A stretch of 45,571 bases of DNA, taken from Octopus bimaculoides. Lineage: Eukaryota. The position numbers and the translations under genes are program-made. Position 1 is the first letter of the stretch, and each line of letters opens with the position of its first letter. The stretch covers positions 90,318,584 to 90,364,154 of the forward strand of contig NC_068982.1 of the NCBI RefSeq assembly GCF_001194135.2, given 5' to 3'. Below are positions 38,196 to 45,571 of the stretch, one piece after another. Under the pieces are notes generated by a model. That model saw only the letters and a program-made list of their open reading frames with translations. It did not search any database and had not been told where the DNA came from.

Positions 38196-38257
<62 letters not shown>

Positions 38258-39149
38258 TGGCCACCTTGTTACAAGCAAAGACGAACCGACACACGGCCTC
38301 ACACAAGCATACGCACACATGAAATTCCACATATACGTACATACATATGTGCGTGCGTATATGTGTAAGTATGAACCAATTGAGGACTTGGCATGTTGTC
38401 GTTCAAACTTAATGCAATTAACTGCATAGAAGCTAATTCCCCCTTCAGTCACACCACATCCTTTTAAAATTGGTAAGGTCACATTAGATAATGTAGTCCT
38501 ACAAACCACATACACAAAAAGCTAAATCTGTCTGTGATCTTACGTCTTCTCGATGACGGTTAACTTGAGGCTAAATAACAGCAATAGCATGAACGTTACC
38601 CCTAACATATATATTTATATATGATAAAGTTTATTGTTTTAAAGTGTATTTAAGAATAACAACAAAATATTTACTGACAGGAAACGCAACTGAAAGACAA
38701 AATTGCAAATTCGTTTCGAATAAGACTTAAAATTTCGGCTAACGGTTAAAATAGTAATCACACATACACAAACAAACATACACACACAGAGAAATTACAC
38801 AAATATGTTAATATGGATACATACACTATAATTTTTAAGAACATTAAGAGAGGATACAGTATAGTAATGATTATATTGTATAAATATACAAGATGGATTT
38901 TAGTGTGTTTTGGCAGAAATGTGTGTATGCGTGTGTGTGTGTATGTGTGTGTGTGTGTGTGTCACAAATATTTGCGCCACCACAGGCCTATGGCTCTGTG
39001 TATATAATCACCACCTAATTGTCAATTGTTTTATGTAAATATGATATCCATTAGCCATTCAAGCACGAAAGAGACGATTTGTCTGGGAATATTTAAACGA
39101 AGATATTGAGAAGCTGTGTTAATTCTTTTCGTTTCAATTCTTTCTTTGG

Positions 39150-39470
39150 GGTTTTCGGTTGTAATTTTGAAAATTTTGCATCGGTGAACTTAAAGATATA
39201 CTGTACGTGTAATTTTATCCTGTGGCCTTTCAGCAAAGCTCTACTCTTGTGTTGTCGTTCTTTAAATGTAAGTCGAAACCCGATGATAATTTTTCCTATT
39301 TCGAAATTTAGGAAGCCATTTTTTTCTATTCTAATTGCTTTCTGGATGTTTGCAGCATTTCGAATTTTATACCGTTGTTGTTGATTTCCAAGTTCTTTTC
39401 ATGACTAAATGTGTTCTTAAAAAGTATTTCTATGATCAAGATTGTTAACTGTTTTGAAGGAAAGTGTTTT
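39150..39470 (-). pseudogene. Decayed LINE APE-endonuclease C-terminal part and linker (RTE-like)
   Basis: Across frames: KNTFSHEK (39419-39396), NNGIKFE, NRKKW (39330-39316), NYHRVSTYI (about 39290-39265), QY..KFSKLQ. These resemble ANTxF.HK / PNG.K.QLDY / NRKW / SDHRIVTA.I / NRFSAL. Confidence 0.45.
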
Positions 39471-40347
39471 TTTTTTTTTTTCCACTGAGATGTATTCTCG
39501 TTGATTAAAAATAAAGTCCTTTCGTTTGTTCCCCCAAATTTTGTGATTTCTAAATTGGAGCATGATGTTTTGTGAGGGGCACAAAACACGATGAAAGATA
39601 GACAACAATTCTGTGAATTACCAAAATTCATGCTTCCACTAAAGTAGCCAAGAACTCTCAAATCTATAATTTTGTCAGATATCAATAATATCGATTTACC
39701 AGTTTGCGTGTCTTTCTCTCTTTCTCCCACTTCTCACTCTTTATATACATGTGTGGGGGGNNNNNNNNNNNNNNNNNNNNNNNNNNNNNNNNNNNNNNNN
39801 NNNNNNNNNNNNNNNNNNNNNNNNNNNNNNNNNNNNNNNNNNNNNNNNNNNNNNNNNNNNNNNNNNNNNNNNNNNNNNNNNNNNNNNNNNNNNNNNNNNN
39901 NNNNNNNNNNNNNNNNNNNNNNNNNNNNNNNNNNNNNNNNNNNNNNNNNNNNNNNNNNNNNNNNNNNNNNNNNNNNNNNNNNNNNNNNNNNNNNNNNNNN
40001 NNNNNNNNNNNNNNNNNNNNNNNNNNNNNNNNNNNNNNNNNNNNNNNNNNNNNNNNNNNNNNNNNNNNNNNNNNNNNNNNNNNNNNNNNNNNNNNNNNNN
40101 NNNNNNNNNNNNNNNNNNNNNNNNNNNNNNNNNNNNNNNNNNNNNNNNNNNNNNNNNNNNNNNNNNNNNNNNNNNNNNNNNNNNNNNNNNNNNNNNNNNN
40201 NNNNNNNNNNNNNNNNNNNNNNNNNNNNNNNNNNNNNNNNNNNNNNNNNNNNNNNNNNNNNNNNNNNNNNNNNNNNNNNNNNNNNNNNNNNNNNNNNNNN
40301 NNNNNNNNNNNNNNNNNNNNNNNNNNNNNNNNNNNNNNNNNNNNNNN

Positions 40348-40391
<44 letters not shown>

Positions 40392-40915
40392 TACATACAA
40401 ACATACATACATACATACATACAAAAATACATACATACATACATACATACATACATACATACATACGTGCGTGTGTGAGTGTGTACACCCGGTTTACCGT
40501 TCAGTTACAAGTTTGATCAACAAAAAAAATGTACTCCATTCAGCGAGAGATAAATATCATTTAATGTTCACAGTATTTAGATAAGAGCTCCTAATATATA
40601 TATATACATATATGCATGTGTGTGTGTGTGTGTGTGTGTGTATGATTGTGTGCGTGTTTGTGTGTGTATCTGTTTGTGTGTCTATGTGTGTCTGTGTTTG
40701 GTGATGCAAACAGGAAAAGAGACCTCGAAACTTGTGTATGTATATATACCGTTTTTTAATAATTGGCAGACGATATAGAGTGACACGAGGGCCGAGAGTT
40801 TTGTGCATTCCACTTACCTATTGATAAGTGCCCTTGAGCCAATCTGTCACATCTGCCTATTAATAACACGCACACACACAAACATGCACACACATGCACA
40901 TACACACACACACAT

Positions 40916-40967
<52 letters not shown>

Positions 40968-41069
40968 AAATATATAGATACGTGCGCACACGCACATTCA
41001 AACACACCGAGCTGTTGAACAAATGCATGAATGTTATGGATTATAAACACTACATGAGACACAATGTGT

Positions 41070-41190
41070 GAATTCTCGAACCAGCAAAGAAGCCTTTATT
41101 GAGTTTCTCGATTTACAACAAAGAGGGGCCAATGTTCTCTTGTGTTCCTTGTAAATGGAATAAGAAAACATGATCGATCGATTAGAAAGA
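41070..41190 (+). pseudogene. Possible LINE RT domain-3 remnant
   Basis: Across frames: AKKPL..EFLDLQ..FSCVPCKW..ID, resembling KNKPLYLAFVDLEKAFDRVPR..IWW..GID. Confidence 0.35.
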
Positions 41191-41595
41191 TTTTGATGAG
41201 AGGCAGGCTCAACCAAATGCAACCTAGGACTAAACAACCACAAGAACATTGGTCGCTTCATAAACATATACATTCATGCGTGTGTCTTTTGTCTCATGTT
41301 TGATCCTATTAATGATATAAATGTACATATATTTATAATTATATGTTTACATAATCAAACAGCTAGAGACGTATACATAATCGTTGATCACACTAAACAT
41401 GCGCCAACGCATTTTTGCCTACGTGTATATGCGTGTCTTTGTGCGCTTGTTACGTAACTAAACTGTCAACGAAAAAATATGATATGTATATTTACATGCA
41501 AATATATATACACAAGCATTATCTCTCGAGAACATTCACACTATGGACTCAAGTGCTCAGTAATCTACATATCTGATCAACAGCAACAACAAACT

Positions 41596-42532
41596 TTTGT
41601 ATGTGGGCATAAGGCCTGAAATTTTGGGGTATGGTGCTAGTCGATTAAATCGAACCTCGTGCTCAGCTGGTACTAATTTCATTGAACCCGAAAGGATGAA
41701 AGGCAAAGTCGACGTCGGCGAAATTTGAACTCAGAACATGAAGTCAGATGAAATGCTGTTATGCATTTTATCTAGTGTGCTAACGATTTTGCCAGCTCGC
41801 CGCCTCAATAACAATAATAATAATCGGTTCTGGAAGTTTGGAGGAGGGGGATAGTCGATTCACTGGTACTTATTTTATCGACTCTGGAAGGATGAAAGGC
41901 AAAGTCAACCTCGGTGGAATTTGAAAGCGGAATAAAAGGACGGACGAAATACCACTTAGCATCATTTTGCTTGGCCTTAATAACGATTCTGCCAGCTCGC
42001 CGTCTTAGGCACACGGCCTGAAATCTGAGGGAGGGGACTAGTCGATTACATCGGTCCCAGTGTTTCACTTGTACTTAATTTATCGACCTCGAAAGGATGA
42101 AAGGCAAAGTCGACCTCGGCAGAATATGACCTCGGCAGCTCGCCATCTTGAATAATAGTAATAAAAATAATAACAACAACAACAACAACAGCAGCAGCAG
42201 CAACAACAACAACAGCAACAACAACAACAACAACAACAACAATAATAATAATAGTAATAATGATTTCGAATTTTGACACAAGTCCTGCATATTCGACGGG
42301 CGGGGAGGGGGTAAGTTGATTACATCAGACCTAAGGTTTAGCTGGTACTTATTTTATTGACCCCAAAAGGATGGAAAGTAAGAATGTAAAGAGATGGAAG
42401 GAATACCACTAAGCATTTTCTCCAACGCTTTAACGAATGTGCCAGCACAACGCCTTTATGAATTAGAGTTTCCAATTAAGGTACAAAGCCAGCAGTTTTG
42501 AAGGCAGGGGTAAAATCCATACCATCGACACC
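41596..42532 (-). mobile_element. Five minus-strand SINE family A copies (41596-41805, 41825-42006, 42007-42149 deleted, 42262-42456, 42465-42532 tail only), separated by (AAT/AAC)n
   Basis: Repeated gaaaggatgaaaggcaaagtc(g/a)acctcgg and ctgccagctcgcc(g/a)(c/t)ctt motifs. Confidence 0.9.
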
Positions 42533-42548
42533 GATATTATTATTATTC

Positions 42549-42939
42549 AAGGCAGCGGGTGGGCACCATCGTTTCCGCCTAGCGATATTTCTTCCCGACT
42601 TTACATTCTGAGCTTCAATGCCGCCGAGATCGACTTTGCCTTTCATCCTTTCGAGCTCTATAAAATAACTACCAGCTGAGTACTGTAGTCGATGTAGTCG
42701 ATGTAGTTGACTTATTTCCTTGCCCGAAATTGCCGCCCTTGTGCCAAAATTTAAAACTATTGTTGCTAAGGCTAGGCGAGCTGGCGAACTCGTTAACCCG
42801 CCGGACAAAATGCTTAGCGGCATTTCTTCTGTCCTTAACTTCTGAGTTCCAATTCTGCCGCGGTCGACTTTGCCTTTTATCCTTTCCGGATCGATAAATT
42901 AAGTATCAGTGAACACAGGAGCCGATGTAATCATCATCA

Positions 42940-43018
<79 letters not shown>

Positions 43019-43204
43019 TAAGGCGGCGAGCTGGCAGAATCGTTAGCACGACCATCGAAGTGCTTAGCAGTATTTCGTCTGCCACTACGTTCTGAGGTCA
43101 ATTTCTGCTGAGGTCGACTTTGCCTTTCGGGGTTGAGTGCTGGGGTCGATGTAATCGACACATCCCACCCCCAAAATGGCTGCCCTTGTGGCAAAATTTA
43201 AAAC

Positions 43205-43237
<33 letters not shown>

Positions 43238-43424
43238 GGTGGCGAGCTGGCGGAATGCTTAGCGATATTTCGCCAGTCGCTACGTTCTGAGTTCAAATTC
43301 GAGGTCGACTTTGCCTTTCATCCTTCGGGGATGCGTACTCAAGTCGATCTCATCGACTGGCCCACTCACCCCAAATTTCAGGCCTTGTGCTTATTGTAGA
43401 AAATATTATTATTATTATTATTAT
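42549..43424 (+). mobile_element. Four plus-strand SINE family A copies (42549-42766, 42768-42932, 43020-43205, 43236-43404), each following an (ATT)n or attgtt run
   Basis: aagg(c/t)ggcgagctggc heads, ctgagttcaaattc, and gtcgactttgcctttcatcc cores. Confidence 0.9.
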
Positions 43425-44655
43425 CATATCTTTTGTTTTCTTCTGGAGTATCAAATGAGTTTGGTTGACTATAATTATCAAATATAAATCTTGTCATTTC
43501 CTGAAAGCAGACTTTTCGAAATTGCCTCTATAAATCTTGAATATTGCACAACGTATCACACTACGTATGCAAAGATAGATCTATACCATAAAGCGCGCGG
43601 ACTTATGTAGCATACGCATACACATACAAATGTCTGCGTGTGTGTGTGCGCGTCTGCGTGTCTATGCGTGCGTGCGTGTTCGTCTTTCTGTGTGGCGTAA
43701 ACCAACCTAGAAATTCTAATTAAAGTGAAGATAGGAAATAGTGACGTAAATGTATTTCCCTCAGGTATGACAAATGCAGACCGATGGCGTATCGAGATTT
43801 GAACCTGCCACTACTATCTTATCTCTTACTCACTTCTCTCTTCTCTTTATCTCTGTCACTCACGCACACACGCACGCACGCACGCGCACACACAGACACA
43901 TACACACACAAACACACACGTAAATTTAAGAGTTTGTCATCGGAATAAAAGAGGGGACATTGTTTATTGCATATTATATCAGACACATGTCATAAGAAAA
44001 TTGAACTTCTTACCACTCTCTTACATTTACTTCACTTTTTCATATGTATGTATGAATGTATGTACACACACACACACACACACATATATNNNNNNNNNNN
44101 NNNNNNNNNNNNNNNNNNNNNNNNNNNNNNNNNNNNNNNNNNNNNNNNNNNNNNNNNNNNNNNNNNNNNNNNNNNNNNNNNNNNNNNNNNNNNNNNNNNN
44201 NNNNNNNNNNNNNNNNNNNNNNNNNNNNNNNNNNNNNNNNNNNNNNNNNNNNNNNNNNNNNNNNNNNNNNNNNNNNNNNNNNNNNNNNNNNNNNNNNNNN
44301 NNNNNNNNNNNNNNNNNNNNNNNNNNNNNNNNNNNNNNNNNNNNNNNNNNNNNNNNNNNNNNNNNNNNNNNNNNNNNNNNNNNNNNNNNNNNNNNNNNNN
44401 NNNNNNNNNNNNNNNNNNNNNNNNNNNNNNNNNNNNNNNNNNNNNNNNNNNNNNNNNNNNNNNNNNNNNNNNNNNNNNNNNNNNNNNNNNNNNNNNNNNN
44501 NNNNNNNNNNNNNNNNNNNNNNNNNNNNNNNNNNNNNNNNNNNNNNNNNNNNNNNNNNNNNNNNNNNNNNNNNNNNNNNNNNNNNNNNNNNNNNNNNNNN
44601 NNNNNNNNNNNNNNNNNNNNNNNNNNNNNNNNNNNNNNNNNNNNNNNNNNNNNNN

Positions 44656-44690
44656 NTATATATATATATATATATACATACATACATACA

Positions 44691-44723
<33 letters not shown>

Positions 44724-44845
44724 GCACATACACATAGACACATATACATACACACGGACATATATCCATAAAAACATACATACATGCATACATACATACA
44801 TACATACATACATACATACATACATACATACTTATATACATACGT
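44656..44845. repeat. (TA)n/(TACA)n microsatellite, with a similar tract at 40348-40466
   Basis: Seen directly. Confidence 0.95.
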
Positions 44846-45201
44846 TCAGACAGACAGGCATGCCTATATGCGTTTATACATACGTACAAAAAAATCAGTC
44901 AGACAAACAAGCAGATAAATAATCGAGTAGGGTGGTGATGACATGTCAGGAATAAAGAAGCACCGGGTTACATGTATGTTTTGCATTATTTAACGGAAAG
45001 TGTTCTTTGAATCTCCTCACACCAAGTTGCCATAAAGTAATACCAGAGTAATTAATTCTTCAGTACCCCTTGTATGTGTGTAACCCTCTTACAAGTGTTT
45101 GCCCTCATATGTATTTTTAAATTTTACGTATGCTTTCGTATATATTAATGTATATATACACACACACATATGTTTATGGATATATATATATATATACATA
45201 G

Positions 45202-45233
<32 letters not shown>

Positions 45234-45571
45234 ATGTACGTCATGTATGTATACACGTGTGTATATATGTGTTTGTGTGTTTATGTTTTAGAATCCATAT
45301 ACGTAAGATCATATACATGACATCATATATGTGTGTGTATAACATTCGTCTTTGGAAATATCTACACAATTATTCTTCATGTACACCGACATACAGACAG
45401 ACACAAACACACACACACATACACACACTCAAACACATTGTTAGAATGCATATAATACGCATATATCTGTAACGTGTTTACATAGTCGATTAATTATTTC
45501 AACATGATCGAATGACGACGGTAAAGTGAACGAGAGAAAAATTAGACATGTATATATATATATATATATAT

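Noticed and set aside
8885-39470. One giant fragmented LINE spanning the window
   Set aside because: The domain order along the minus strand (EN, C-terminus, RT4-7, RT0-3) is not collinear with ORF2.
40818-40856. Minus-strand segment ending in a perfect GTAAGT donor
   Set aside because: The acceptor lacks a pyrimidine tract and lies against a (TG)n repeat, and no peptide is recognisable.
2540-45472. Long ORFs in the track (poly-L, poly-[18 protein letters not shown], poly-X)
   Set aside because: They are translations of microsatellites or N runs, not genes.

Overview
AT-rich, microsatellite-dense eukaryotic DNA from a gapped assembly, with 8 N-gaps that all abut simple repeats. The SINE families match my recollection of Octopus (coleoid cephalopod) repeats; that is an inference, not a database result. 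I recognise no intact protein-coding gene, RNA gene or CRISPR array. Almost all ORFs in the track are microsatellite or N artefacts. The window contains: (1) about 25 copies of one ~210-bp SINE family (family A), mostly in two dense head-to-tail chains with polarity switches (4.2-6.3 kb and 41.6-43.4 kb); (2) tRNA-headed SINEs of other families, including a nested insertion with a 9-bp target-site duplication; (3) several decayed non-LTR retrotransposon (RTE-like) ORF2 fossils found by reading across frameshifts; (4) a mariner-derived MITE and an adjacent mariner transposase remnant; (5) an unclassified dispersed repeat (family D); (6) a cryptic ~47-bp minisatellite; (7) a few low-confidence splice-site-bounded micro-exon candidates. 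The window is most likely intronic or intergenic. I found no convincing novel biological system. The most interesting signals are the SINE chain architecture and an AG|GTAAG site at 37.3 kb. All protein and repeat family matches are by-eye comparisons to remembered consensus motifs.
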